From: Raja brachyura
Lineage: Eukaryota
Direction of reading: 5' to 3'
Length of the DNA stretch: 64,000 nt
Assembly (NCBI GenBank): GCA_963514005.1
Contig: OY740781.1
Span: 32,736,001-32,800,000, forward strand
Positions 26,151-39,150 of this stretch are shown here, piece after piece. Under the pieces are notes generated by a model. That model saw nothing but the letters and a program-made list of their open reading frames with translations. It was not told the DNA's origin and did not search any database. A program made the translations under genes and the position numbers. Each line of letters opens with the position of its first letter. Within the stretch, counting starts at the first letter, position 1.

Positions 26151-26389
26151 CAGCTTTACAGGAGCTGGAGCTTTTTGCATCAGTCAACTGCGTTGTGTGC
26201 ATAAAAATGTTGCTTCAATCTGCTGTTGTGGCTATTTTGCTGAGACCAGTGCACATGAACAGAAGCACTTAACAACAACAAAATAATTAGGGCATTGCTG
26301 CAGGATGCTTTTCTATTTTTCGCTGATCTCTTCTTTTGTAAATAGCTCATTCTAAGCTTCCCCCAGTCTAGTTTCAGGCACTAACCACT

Positions 26390-28660
26390 GATACCTTCAC
26401 TAATACTTTTACAATTATGAAGATGCACCCAGGCATTTCTTCCCTCTACTTTTACTGCCTCATTAGAAGAACTTGGTAAGGTCCTTCCCAATTCTACACT
26501 AAGACATAGTCTCCAGGTTTTATTTTAAAGGGAGTTACTAATGAAGGCATATCACCATAGGCTGCTATCATTCTACAATGAAAATCCCTCAAGGCTCTTG
26601 TCAAGGCTAAGATGTAGTCGGTCATCTCTGCAGTTATATGGTAGAAATTAACTATTTTCATCGCATTCTGGTTGCAAGGGTATTTTATGGACCTACCGTA
26701 AATAATTTCAGCTGGGCTTAATCTAGATTTCCCTGCAGGCATGACTCTCACCTCAAATAGGTCTATTAGAGTAATTTAATCCATCCAAGTCTAGTCTCCG
26801 GCTAATTTGGCTAATTTGGTTTTAAGTGTCTGGTTTGCCCTTTCTACAAGTCCAGCAGCCTGTGGTCAAATAAGCACAGTGTAATTGCTGCTAGATCCCC
26901 AGCTGTTCACAAAATTCTTTATTGATTTGTCCAATAAAGTGTGGACCATTATCTGTGCAAAGTCAAATGGGAATGCCGAATCTAGGGACAATTTCTCTCA
27001 TTAGCACCTTGGCAACAGTAGCTGCTTTATTGTCAAGGGTTAGGTATGCTTCGATCCACCGGTTGATTACATCGACTATGACAAGAACGTATTTGTATCC
27101 TTGGAATCTTTCTAGTTCAATATAGTCCATTTGCAATGTCTCAAAAGGACCCATAGGCAATGGTGCTTTCCCTCCTTCACATCCTATTCCTTTCCCTGGG
27201 TTGTATTTCTGGCAGACCAGACAATTACTGCTTACCTTCTGAGCAAAAGATTGTAATGTTGGATGCCACCAAGTAGCTAATAGAGTGTCCCCTACTGCCC
27301 TTGCACCAGAATGGGTTGCATAGTGCAAACACTATATAACCCATGCTGCTAATGAGTCTGTCATGCAAGTTTGCCCTGCTGGAGTGGTCCACAGCCCAGT
27401 CATATAATCCAGTACAAATCCCAGTTGTCTCCGCCTCTCCGTATCTCCTTCAGTAGCTTTTTCCTGTAATCGAACGTTTTCTTAGATGGTTGGCATCAGT
27501 TCTCCAAGGGGGACTTGTTAGTTACACTTTTAGTCTGCCTCACCATTTTAGGTACCACCACCTTGTGTTCCCATGATACTTTCTTAGCTACTAAGTCGGC
27601 ATTACAATTTCCAATGTCTACTGGGGTCTGTCCTTTGGTATGGGTGCTACATTTCATTACAGAGATTTGACTGGGTAGCATTAAGGCCTTCAACAAATCT
27701 GTCACCGATTGTTTGTTTGATATTTGGGTTCCTGCAGAAGTCAGGAATCCCCTATTTTTTCATAATTGTTCAAAATCATGCACCACCCCGAATGCATATC
27801 GGGAATCAGTGTAAATATTTACTTTTAGATTTTCCCCAATAATACAAGCCCAAATTAAAGTGAATCATTCAGCTTGCTGAATAGGGTGATTCAAATGCAG
27901 CTGCTTCTATAATCTCCATCTTTTGATCAACAATTGCATACCCAGACAATCTCTCACCCCACGGTCCAATGGATGCACGCCTGTTCACATATAATGTGAT
28001 GTCAGAGCCCTCCATGGGTGCATCCCTCAAGTCCTCTCTCACTGATGTTTCTTCCTCTATAACAAATAGACAGTCATGTCCTGCTTCTGATTGCACTTCT
28101 GGGGGTGAAATAAGAAAAGAGGCTGGGTTAATAAATGTACAATGTTTGAACTGCAATTTCAGATTGTTCAACAGATAGATCTCATACTTATATTGGTGGG
28201 TCATTGTTAAGTGCTGGGTTTGAAGCTGTACCAACAATGTCGATACCGAATGTGAACCGTACACTACAATTTCCTGCTGGAGTGTTAAATTAGCAGCTCA
28301 TTGTGAACAATTGTAGATTGCAGTTAAGATTTGGGTGCAAAGAGGATGTCCCCTAGCTTCTGGATCTAATTTAGAGGAGTAATATGCAACTGGTCTATGT
28401 CTATCCCCATGCTTTTGCGTTCATACCGAAGTGGCACAGTCAGATAGAATTGTACAATACAGCTGGAAATGATGATCGTATAATGGCCCTCCCTATGCTG
28501 GGGCTTGCAACAATGATCTTTTTAAGTTCTTAAAGGCCTCCTGTGCTTCCTTTGTTAATTTAAATTCACCCTCCTTGCTGGTATAGGGTGTTAGCTCCTT
28601 GGTTTCTAGAGCTATATTTGGAATCCAGTGTCTGCAATAATTCACCATGCCCAGCCATAA
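26390..28660 (-). mobile_element. Endogenous retrovirus pol remnant (class I, gamma/epsilon-like): RT thumb/connection, RNase H, integrase
   Basis: WLGMVNYCRHWIP...LLQAPA (28493-28660), INPASFL...HDC...EDLRDAP (27869-28264) and LLKALMLPSQISVMKC (27496-27705). Integrase HHCC and core H..TH..CLVC..PFETLQMDYI..LVIVD..WIEAY (26963-27328), LSPAEIIYGR and PGDYVLV, followed by WEGPYQVLL. Many stops and frameshifts. Confidence 0.9.
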
Positions 28661-29286
28661 TATATCAGAGCATCGAGTATAGAAGCTGGGATGTAATGTT
28701 AAAATTGTACAAGGCATTGGTGAGACCAAATCTGGAGTATGGTGTACAATTTTGGTCGCCCAATTATAGGAAGGATGTCAACAAAATAGAGAGGGTACAG
28801 AGGAGATTTACTAGAATGTTGCCTGGGTTTCAACAGCTAAGTTACAGAGATAGGTTGAATAAGTTAGGTCTTTATTCTCTGGAGTGCAGAAGGTTAAGGG
28901 GGGACTTGATAGAGGTCTTTAAAATGATGAGAGGGATAGACAGAGTTGATGTGGACAAGCTTTTCCCTTTGAGAATAGGGAAGATTCAAACAAGAGGACA
29001 TAACTTTAGAATTAAGGGACAGAGGTTTAGGGATAACATGAGGGGGAACTTCATTACTCAGAGAGTGGTAGCGGTGTGGAATGAGCTTCCAGTGGAAGTG
29101 GTGGCGGCAGGTTCGTTGGTATCATTTAAAAATAAATTGGATAGGCATATGGGTGAGAAGGGTATGGAGGGTTATGGTATGAGTGCAGGCAGGTGGGACT
29201 AAGGGAAAAAAGTTGTTCGGCACAGACTTGAAGGGCCGAGATGGCCTGTTTCCGTGCTGTAATTGTTATATGGTTATATGGTTATA
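28661..29286 (+). mobile_element. Young CR1 3' fragment inserted in the ERV
   Basis: Open ORF2 C-terminus to the stop at 29202 (...SAGRWD), near-identical to 52841-53400, with a (tatatggt)n tail. Confidence 0.92.
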
Positions 29287-30147
29287 GGTACTAATCAACA
29301 ATCGATCAGAGGGTTACTATTCACTGTTAATCAGCCGCTATTCAGAATCAATCTCAAACATGCACAAACTCCGAAGTTCTATCTACAGAGAATTCAAATT
29401 CTACCGTACGGGCAGAACTTCAATGTGAAATTCTGTATTTGGAAATTTGATCCTGCAAATCTAGACTCATTCTCAGACCAACTAGTTTTGGTGCATATCC
29501 CTCCACATACACGGGCTCTTGAATTCAAATTAAATTGCTCAATGAAATCTCGAATGGACTAGAGTATTCCCAGCCAATCTATACTCTAGCCACCGAGCCT
29601 GGTGCCTTTACGAGATTCCTCATCTATCACCTCAGGGAGGTGCTCAGATATCTTAACACAGGCACACCTCTCTGCTTGGTACGGGGGGTCAGCGCCTAGC
29701 CTCTTCGCGCTGGCAGTTGACGCCGATTTTCGGAACGCACCTTTCCAATTAGCGCTCCCAGCAATGACAAATCAAATGTTTCATCTCTTAGCACGTAACC
29801 CAGACTTGTATTTCAATACCCCACCAATTGGAGTCCTAAGCGTTCTCCCAGAAGATCGACACAGGACCTCGTGGGAGCAGCCTTTTATTGGTTCCCAAAC
29901 CTTGAGGGGCCAAACCACATGGGGGTGGTCTCTATACAGTCCAATAACAGATATCGATTAACACAGTTCATGATAGATATTTCCCTAACCCAATAATACA
30001 GTAACTAATACATTGTATTCAAACGGAGCTTCTAGAAGGAAGCAAACAAGAATAAACATTGAAACATGTGCCCTGAGATTCAAACAGTTTATCCAAGGCT
30101 CAACAGTTCGACCAATCATCAACCAACAGGATGACCATCTCGCAACA
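29287..30147 (-). mobile_element. Candidate ERV 5' LTR (29777-30147) and leader (29287-29776)
   Basis: The minus-strand segment starts TGTTGCGAG and ends GATGAAACA (TGTT...AACA termini) and contains ATTGG boxes and AATAAAAG. It lies upstream of pol in the right orientation. No clear PBS and no second LTR for confirmation. Confidence 0.45.
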
Positions 30148-30162
30148 TTATTTATACTATTA

Positions 30163-32312
30163 ATGGCCCTGTCTCATGGTGCGAGTCCACCCACGAGTTA
30201 TCCCTAGTTAAAGAAAAAATCAAACTCGTGGTTGTCTACGAGATTCCAAGTTTATGTTCACGAGTTTAAACAAGTTCCCACGTGTATGTCTAAGTTTTCA
30301 GTTTACTTCTCATTTCTGCGATGTACCAAGTTCCTCTCCCGAGTTACCAAGTTCCTCTCCCGAGTTACTCTTGAGCCAACAACGACTACCGACGTGTGGA
30401 AAAATCATCACATGTTAAAAATGATGTATTGCAGTTTTTTTTTACACTATAAAAAGACCCAGCCTGAAGAACGATCTGGACCCGAAACATCACCTATTTC
30501 TTTTCTCCAGAGATGCCGCCTGACCAGCTGAGTTAGTAAATCATTTTGTGTCTATCTTTGGTTTTTGAACTAGTATCTGCAATTCCTTCCTTCAAACTTT
30601 TAGAGCAGTTTGTTTCAAGAAACAATCCTTCCAAAATTGCATTCAAAAGTCCATTTGAACTTCATTTGTTCAAGGTCTGGCATCAATCATTGAAAGGCAT
30701 AGGCTGTTTTGTGTCGGGAGGAACTGCAGATGCTGGTTTACACCGAAGATAGACCCAAAATGCTGGAGTAACTCAGCGGGATATGCAGCATTTCTGGAGA
30801 GAAGGAATGGGTGACGTTTCTGGTCAAGTCCCTTCTTCAGACTGAAAAAATGTTTCGACCCTTCTCTCCAGAGATGCTGCCGGCTTGGCTGATTTACTCC
30901 AGCTTTTTGTATTTAGTAAGAATTTATTCCCTTAATTTATCTCTCATCAAAATGTTGGTAAACTTCTAACAAAAAGATTAGGTAAATTGAACATTAACGG
31001 TATTTTTTCCCCCGACAGCAAGGTCTGTAGACCAGAGGGATAGCAGTGTGTGTCTCTCAATTCACCCAGTATGTCCGTCAGAGCAATGATATAGTGAGAG
31101 AGAGCACGGGACCACAACAAATAGTCCTCCGTCAGTTTCGCCACCTCCACGGTGACCCCACCACTCGCCACATCTTGTTTGTTCGTGCTTTACCAGTCAG
31201 CAGTAAGACTATACATGATTAGAATCAGGCTGTCCACAGTGCACAGATACAAGATGTATAGTTTAGTTTAGTTTATTGTCACGGAATCAAGGGATATGTG
31301 GAGAAGGCAGGCACAGATTACTGATTGTGGATAATCAGCCATGATCACAATGAATGGCGGTACTGGCTTGAAGGGACAAATGGCCTGCTCCTGCACCTAT
31401 TTTCTATGTTTCTATGTAAATTAATTCTCGCAATGCGGCTTTCCCCATACTGCATGGTCCATTCTTTATGCCACTGTTTCTCAGATCCCCGGCGAGTGCA
31501 TTTTGCTCCTTCACTGAACATTTTCCATTAAAATCTGACTAATCTTCAACATTTCACTTCTGGCACTCAGGCCAAACCCACCAGTTGCTCACGAGTCACT
31601 ACGGTAAACTCACGGGCTACTACGGTATTACAACGAGTTTAAAGGTTTCAAATTTTTCCTTCAAGAGTAAAATTTGACTCGTGGAAATCTTTCATCATGA
31701 TAGAAACATAGAAACATAGAAAATAGGTCCAGGAGTAGGCCACTCGGCCCTTCGAGCCTACACCGCCATTCAATATGATCATGGCTGATCATTCAACTCA
31801 GTATCCTGCACCTGCCTTCAGTCCATACGCCTGATCCCTTTAGCCACAAGGGCCACATCGAACTCTTAAATATAGCCAATGAACTAGCCTCAACTATCTT
31901 CTGTGGCAGAGAATTCCAGAGACACACCACTCTCTGTGCAAAAAATGTTTTCCTCATCTCGGTCCTAAAGGAATTCCCCCTTATCCTTAAACTGTGACCC
32001 CTTGTTCTGGACCTCCCCAACATCAGGAGCAATCTTCCTGCATCTAGCCTGTCCAACGCCTTAAGAATTTTGTAAGTTTCTATAAGATCCCCCTCAATCT
32101 TCTAAATTCTAGCGAGATAATGAAAAATGTTCACGAGTTAACAAGTTTCCCGAGTACCTGCCGTTATCGTTACGAGTCGCTAAGTTACATCCACAAGTTC
32201 CGATGTTCCCGCTACGTTCATTCTATGTGATTACCACGAGTTTGATTTGCTTTTAACTCGGGATCACTCGTGGGTGGACTCGTGGGTGGACTCGCAACGT
32301 GAGACAGGGGTA
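30163..32312. mobile_element. Harbinger-like MITE termini (left ~30163-30440, right ~31580-32312) with nested CR1 (31701-32116) and Penelope repeats
   Basis: ccctgtctcatggtgcgagtccacccacgag is inverted at ctcgtgggtggactcgcaacgtgagacaggg. No matching TSD was seen, so these may be two separate copies. Confidence 0.55.
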
Positions 32313-33799
32313 TCCAATCGAAATGATGCATTTAGGGTTTGTTTGTAAAACTACTATCCATTTTAACAAATTTATGAGAAACAAGGAGAACACCTGGACC
32401 CCTCATAATCCTGCATACCAGTCTGAGCCTAGACTGGCTGATGCCATCCAAAGCCTGTACATTTCAGCTGACAAGGGTTAAGCAATTCTTACAAGTGCAG
32501 GGATCCTCCATTTTATGGTCTTTTATTTGGCCAATATTAACAATTTCACCGTCTGCCTCTCTTCAAGTACAAATGTGTCCGACCAATACCAAAGTGTCTG
32601 TCCTTGACAGTTCTTCTACCTCTGGGTCAGGCAGCATCTCTGGTGAAAAGGAATACCAGACGTCTTCAGACTTCTACCTCCTACATCGTCTACCTCCTAC
32701 CTCCTCCTCCAGCAGTATATGTCTACATGGACTAATTTCTATACAAAAAGGTGTACACCCAAGAAAATGCAGAGAAGAACAATCTACCCAGCATTGTGTG
32801 TTGATCTGCACTTTATCTTTCTGAACCTGCTTCCCCAACTGTTTGCACATGCTATATGAGGTAGAACAGGACTATAGCAGGCATACACAGTTCCAAGCAC
32901 AGAAAGATTTATTATTACAGCCTGTTCATCTGCCCATACAAGTCCTTTGTTATTTTTATTAGCCCTGATGACAAGAATCTTATTTTTATTCATCATTGAA
33001 GTATCTTCTCTTGTTTCGCACCTCTGCTCCGTATACTTTGTTAGGGCTTTCTTTGCACGTCTTATTTTCTTTTAGTGCTCTTTATCTTTAAATAAGAGCT
33101 CACTATTTATCTGAATCACAACTTCATTTTAATGGCCTAATTCCCATTATAATCGTAATTTCCCTTGCATCCTTTCACTCCACCACCCCCATCTCTCCGC
33201 AGCCCAATATTGGGTTTATTAAAGATAAGAATACAATTGTCTGAGCATAAAGAAGCCTTTTTATTTTAATATGAAAATACATTTTGGTCCCTTTTCACGT
33301 TTTTTATTATTATGAAGATATCCGACAATTTGCAGAGCAAAGAAAGCTGAACAGTGGTGCACACCACGCTGTGCCTGTTTGAAATTGCACATTCTCAGAA
33401 AGTCTGGCAAAGCACCTCTCATGAATAGAAAATCCCATTACATGTTCGGCACACAACACCAATTGCCAACCAATTTGTATTTACGACAAGGTCAGAAATT
33501 AGATGGGGGTGAATGCTGGTGCTTCCTGCTGTGAAAATTGCACTTGCCATCATAGGGCCGCAGAGTTGTACAGCATTGTGAAGAGGTCCTTCGGACCGAC
33601 CCGTCAATACCGACCAAGGTGATAATCTACGAATTTGCCTCAGTTTGGCCTATATCCCTTGAAATCTCCCCTAGTTAAATACGTGCCCCTGTGTCTTTTG
33701 TAATTGCACCTGCCTGTATCACTTCTGCTGTCAAGTCATTCCACATAACCACCACCCTCTGTGAGAAAAACATGCCACTTAAGACCCTTTTAAATCTTC

Positions 33800-34349
33800 A
33801 GCTCATATATTGCGGCTGTGGGAAGCATCTTGTCCGGAAACATTACAATCTGGTTTGGGAATTGTTCTGCCCAGGACAAGAAGGCTCTGCAGAGAGTAGT
33901 GCGTTTGGCTGAACGCACTATGCAAACTTCTCTCGCTCCTCTGCAGGAACTATACATCAGGAGGTGCAACTCCAGAGCCAATTAGGTAATGGGAGACCCC
34001 TTCCACCCCTGCAACAGACTGTTCCAGCTCTTACGGTCAGGCAAACGCCTCCGTTGCCACGCTGTGAGAACGGAGAGGATGAGAAGGCGTTTCTTCCCAG
34101 AGGCCATTCGGACTGTAAACTCCTATCTCACCAGGGACTAACTCTACAACAGTTACTGTACCACAATACCGCCCACAATATTTAATATGAAAAAGAACAT
34201 ATGATTCTGTTTGTAGTTTGTTGGTTGGTTGTTTGTTTGTTTTTGGCACAAAGTCTGCAGGCACTGCCAATTTTCATTTCACTGCACATCCCATATGTGT
34301 ATGTGACGAATAAACTTGACTTGACTTGACTTGACTTGACTTGACTTGA
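33800..34349 (+). mobile_element. Rex1/Babar-like LINE 3' end
   Basis: DPFHPCNRLFQLLRSGKRLR..FFPEAIRTVN-type C-terminus, aataaa and an (acttg)n tail. Confidence 0.8.
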
Positions 34350-34593
34350 TATTGTCAGAACATACTCCAGGTTAAGAAGCAGAGGCAAATGTTTGGCAAA
34401 ATGAACATAACAAAGTCTTCAGCATTTAATTGCTCTTAGGTATATATTCCTGCAGTAATTCTAGGTAACAAAATCTGCGTCAGATGAATGCAGAAACAAA
34501 TGAATGCTGAACTACAGATGCTGAAGAAGGGTCCCGACTTGAAACATCGCCTATCCATGTTCTCTAGAGATGCTGTCTGACCCACTGAGTTGG

Positions 34594-34883
34594 TTTAGTT
34601 TAGTTTAAAAATACAATGCGGAAACAGGTCGTTTGGCCCACCAGGTCCTCGCCGTCCAGTGATTCCCACACAATATCACTATCCTTCACATACTAGGGAC
34701 AATTTACAATTTTACCAAGCCAATTAGCCTACAAACCTGTACGTTTTTGGAGTGTGGGAGTGTCCCAGAGAAAACCCACGCAGGGAGAACGTACAAACTC
34801 CATACAGACAACACCTGTAATCAGGATCAAACCCGGGTCTCTGGCACTGTAAGGTAGCAACTCTACCATAGTGTTACCACGCC
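34594..34883 (-). mobile_element. HE1-like V-SINE
   Basis: Reverse complement of the 8716-9024 family. Confidence 0.85.
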
Positions 34884-34988
34884 ATAACTTGAAGCATTTT
34901 CCTTCGTTCATAAATGGGATGAAGAGTAGACACTAAGTGCTGGATTAACTCAGTGGTTCAGGCAGCATCTCTGCAGATTGTGGATAGG

Positions 34989-35305
34989 TGACACAATGGC
35001 ACAGCAATAGAGTTACTGCTTGACAGCGCCAGAGACCCGGGTTCGATCCTGACTGCAGGTTCTATCTGTGTGGAGTTTGTATGTTCTCCATATGACCACC
35101 TTGGTTTTCTCCGGGTGCTCTGGTTTCACCCCATACTCCAAAGATGTCCAGGTTTGTAGGTTAATTGGCGTTGGTAAAAAGTCATATATTGTCCCTATTG
35201 TGTTGAATAGTGCTAGCGTACGGGGTTATCACTGGTCAGCACAGACTCGGTATGTCTAAGGGCCTATTTCTGCACTGTATCTCCAAAGTTCAAAGACTAA
35301 AGTCG
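34989..35305 (+). mobile_element. HE1-like V-SINE inserted in a palindromic Penelope cassette (~34928-35460)
   Basis: SINE head, ggttcgatcc and tail. Penelope arms lie on both sides. Confidence 0.85.
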
Positions 35306-36361
35306 AAAGATGATGTTATGGGTTGGCAGCATCTCTTGAGTTTGTAGAAGGGTCCCGACCCGAAACATCGCTTAACCGTGTTCTCCATAGATGCTGTCTG
35401 CCTGTTGAGTTACTCCAGCACTTTGTGTCTTTTTGTGATACATCTGTAGTTCCTTGTTTCCACAGTTTACAGGGATGAAGAGAGTTTTCACCTGCACTCT
35501 AAGGAGGAAGTTTGACACCAGCTTAGCCTTACTTCATGAATCAGAATACACAAACCTCTCAACATTACACTGCGACGGAGACATTCAAAATTATTTTTTA
35601 AAAAGTATTAGAATTGTTAAGTTTTCAATTTTAAAAGATTCAAATACTTTGATGCACGTTTTGAAAAAAAGGTAACAAGTAGCTGGCTCTGTTCAATATT
35701 GCTCTAGCTTCAAAATTGAGAAATCCAATCGATGCCCTATTTCCCTCTGGTGTATCTTATCACAGCTTGTTTGGCTGTACATTTGTTCACAGAATCCATG
35801 TTCAGCTTCATTCCCAGGGCAGGCCATCCCTGTCCATTGGCACCATTTATAAAGGATTTTTAACTCCAATTCCACTTTCCCCTTCTAAATTATCTGTTTT
35901 ACTATGCACTAACAAATCTGGCTTATATCTGAGAATCAATCTTGCTAAACACCTTTTTTTAAATTTGTTAGGAACATGAGCTGCATTCTAAAAAACACCT
36001 AATGCTACCCAGATTGCTACAATTTCAATGTCTCTCATTAGTTCATGGTTATGGGCCTGTCCCACTTACGTGACTTTTTCAGCAACTGCCGGCACCCTTC
36101 ATAGATCGTTGCAGGTCGGCAAAATTTTTCAACATGTTAAAAATCCAGTGGTTGACCAGAAAGATGCTACGACTCTTTTCTAATGTCCCAGCGAATCTGT
36201 GCTGGGCCTCAGAGTAATCTCACTCCCCTTTACCTGCTTGCTCTCTGTAATCCCCTGTAATCCGCTCGCTGTCATTGCATGTTGTCACTTACGGACGGAG
36301 CACCAAGGCAAATTCCTTGTATGTGAATACTTGGCCAATAAACTTATTCATTCATTCATTC

Positions 36362-36570
36362 AAAAAGCTGGAGTTGCTCTGCGGGACAAGCAGTATCTCT
36401 GGAGAAAAGGAAAGGGTGATGATTCAGGTCGAGACCCATCTTCAGACAAAGGGTCTCAACCCGAAACGTCACCCGTTCCTTTCTCTCCAGAGATGCTGCC
36501 TGTCCCACTGAGTTACTCCAGCATTTTGTGTCTACGGTTTAAACCAGCATCTGCAGTTCCTTCCCACACA
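36362..36570. mobile_element. Palindromic Penelope terminal-repeat cassette with hammerhead remnants on both strands
   Basis: ggtcgagacccatcttcagac (minus-strand motif) is followed by agggtctcaacccgaaacgtcaccc (plus-strand motif) between mirrored arms. Confidence 0.75.
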
Positions 36571-38366
36571 TTTCTTTGGAGCTGTGGAGTTCTTGAGAAT
36601 GTTCCTGAGGGACCACAAGTTTGTAGAACATAGAACAGCGCAGGAACAGGCCCATATTTGATCATATCCATTCTGGGAAATGGGTTTTGACTGTTTACCA
36701 TATCTATAGCTCTCATAAATTTATATATGTCCATCAGGTCTCCCCTCATTTTCTGTCATTTCAGAGTGAAAACTTAATCTGTCTAACCTGCCCCTGTAGT
36801 TAACACCCCCTAATCCAGGCATCAGTGGTAAACCTCTTCAGCACCTTTTCCAAATCCTCCACATCCTATAAAGCTGTAACATGACTTCCTGACTCTTATG
36901 CCATTTCCATACCTGATCTACACTTTGACAGCTTCCTCACAGTGTACAACACTACCAATCTTGTTATCATCTGCAGACCTACCAACCAACCCATCTATGT
37001 TTACATCCAAGTCATTTATATTCAAAACGCCAAACAGTCCGAACAATAATACCAAAGACAGATATCTGTGATAAAGACTTAATCCTGCAATTAACTCCTT
37101 TAAGATTTAAGCGATAACCATACACTTTATAAACTTATAACCTTTGCTGATGGAAGTTGAAATCCTTCCAAAATACCATTAAAAAAAACCTTTGACTAGA
37201 CATTGAATGGAGGGGTGTGGATTATGTGCAGGCAGAAAAGATTTGGTGTTGCATCTTGTTTGGCACAGACATTGTGGGCCGAAGAGTATGTTCTTGCGTT
37301 GTACGGTTCTGTTATTTAACCTTGATTCCCTCAGAGACATCCTACAAAAATGTTTTGAACTAAAGAACGGGTGTTGTCAATACTAACAGGGGATGTTTCC
37401 TTGACTTGAAACTATGAAAAATACTGTTGAAGACTAAACGCTTCCATTGTATTCCATTGCATGTAGTAAATAATACTTAAGCATTTCATCAAATGACAGC
37501 CTCAATCTGAATTGATAAATCTGTTGCCAATGCCAATGCACTGAGTTATAATCGCATGGAATAGTAATAGTGAACAACATTGTATAATCAATTGAAATCC
37601 CCAGTCAATCATGGGTAACACTAATTGTTAATCAATGGACTGCTGAATTACAGCAACTCTAACCTGCATACCTTTGATTACCTGCAGAAGGGGTTACCTG
37701 TCTTCAAATCTTCAGGTAGCTCAGCAGTCCTTTAAATTCTGAGGGAAAGCTGCCAAATGGCTGATCTTTCATAGCAAAATTAGAGCATTTCTTGGTGCAT
37801 CCACAATTTTTATTGTTAAGTTGATGAATGAGGGTTGACTTAACATGTCTTCCAATCATATCTTGAATTTTAATTGGTTTATTAGCATGTTAACAGGCTG
37901 CTAGGTGCAGATGGCAGCTGCCCTCATCTGCGTGCAGCTGCCATGGTCCAAATGTTCCGCTGAACTAATGTGCCAGTCATTAGGCGGTGATAGGATCCGT
38001 TCATTGCAACGAGGCACTCGTCAGTATCAATGTCAAGTTGATGATTAGCCTTTACCAGGGTTAATCGGTCCACATTCTTGGATCTCCCTGAGAGTTCAGA
38101 ACTGATAGGGACTGAATATGTCCACATGCCAAGAACTATTTCACTGATCTTAATAAAGCAATTCTCACCAAACAAATGTCGATAGGTTTCCTCATTATAT
38201 CCATGGTTTTTTTTCTCTCTCTATGTTAATTTGGGCATTGCATTTTGATGACAATGGGGACCAGGACTAGTGGGCTTGGGTTATCGGGAGTGACTGAATC
38301 TATAAAATCTATAGACTTGCAATCTATAAAATCATGAGGGACCAGAGTATTGGATTCTAATCATTT

Positions 38367-38655
38367 AGAATTTAGACTTTAGATATACAGCGCGGAAACA
38401 GGCCCTTCAGCGCCGACCAGCGATCGCCCCATACACTAACATTATCCTATACTCTAGGAACAATTTTACAACTTTCCAAAGCCAATTAACCAACAAACCT
38501 GTGTGCCTTCGGAAGAATCCAGAGCACCCGGAGAAAACCCATGCAGTCACAGGGAGAACATAAAAACTCCGTACGGACAGCAACCATAGTCAGAATTGAA
38601 CCCGGTTATCTGGCGCTGTAAGGCAGTCATCCTACTGCTGATCCACTGTACTGCT
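38367..38655 (-). mobile_element. HE1-like V-SINE
   Basis: Reverse complement of the SINE family body and tail. Confidence 0.85.
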
Positions 38656-38720
38656 CTATACTAGAGGATGTAGGTGCATAGAGGACATAAGGCAACAATG
38701 ATCTTTGTTAAGGGGACTTA

Positions 38721-39016
38721 TGGGCCTGTCCCACTTACACGACTTTTTCGCGACTGCCGGCACCCGTCATAGGTCGTTGCAGGTCATCGTTGAAAATTCA
38801 GCGGCAACCAGAAAGACGCTACGACTCTTTGGGCGACTGAGGAGACTACTCACGACCATACAGGCGACACCCTGGCGACATGTCGCTCAATAGTCGTACC
38901 TTGTTCTCTCATCTTCCCACTGGATTTTCAACATGTTGAAAATTTTCGGCAACTTGCTGCGACTCTGATGCGTGCTGGCAAGTCGCCAAAAAAATCGCGT
39001 AAGTGGGACAGGCCCA
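38721..39016. mobile_element. PIF/Harbinger-type MITE (a truncated copy starts at 36052)
   Basis: Perfect 18-bp TIR TGGGCCTGTCCCACTTAC / GTAAGTGGGACAGGCCCA, with TTA TSD at 38718-38720 and 39017-39019. Confidence 0.85.
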
Positions 39017-39150
39017 TTATTCTTTCCTTAGCCACCCTTTTTAAGTGTGTTTCTAAACATACTCACCAAGGAATTCATTTGATCCTGACTGCCTAAGTCT
39101 GATGTATGACCCACCTTCTCTTCCCCGGCCAGAGCCACAACATCTCTCAT

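Noticed and set aside
28588-29202. 204-aa novel protein
   Set aside because: Antisense ERV sequence fused in frame to a CR1 ORF2 C-terminus.
29755-29776. Primer-binding site for the ERV
   Set aside because: Minus-strand tttgatttgtcattgctgggag only loosely resembles a tRNA-Gly PBS and lacks the TGG start, so it is not callable.
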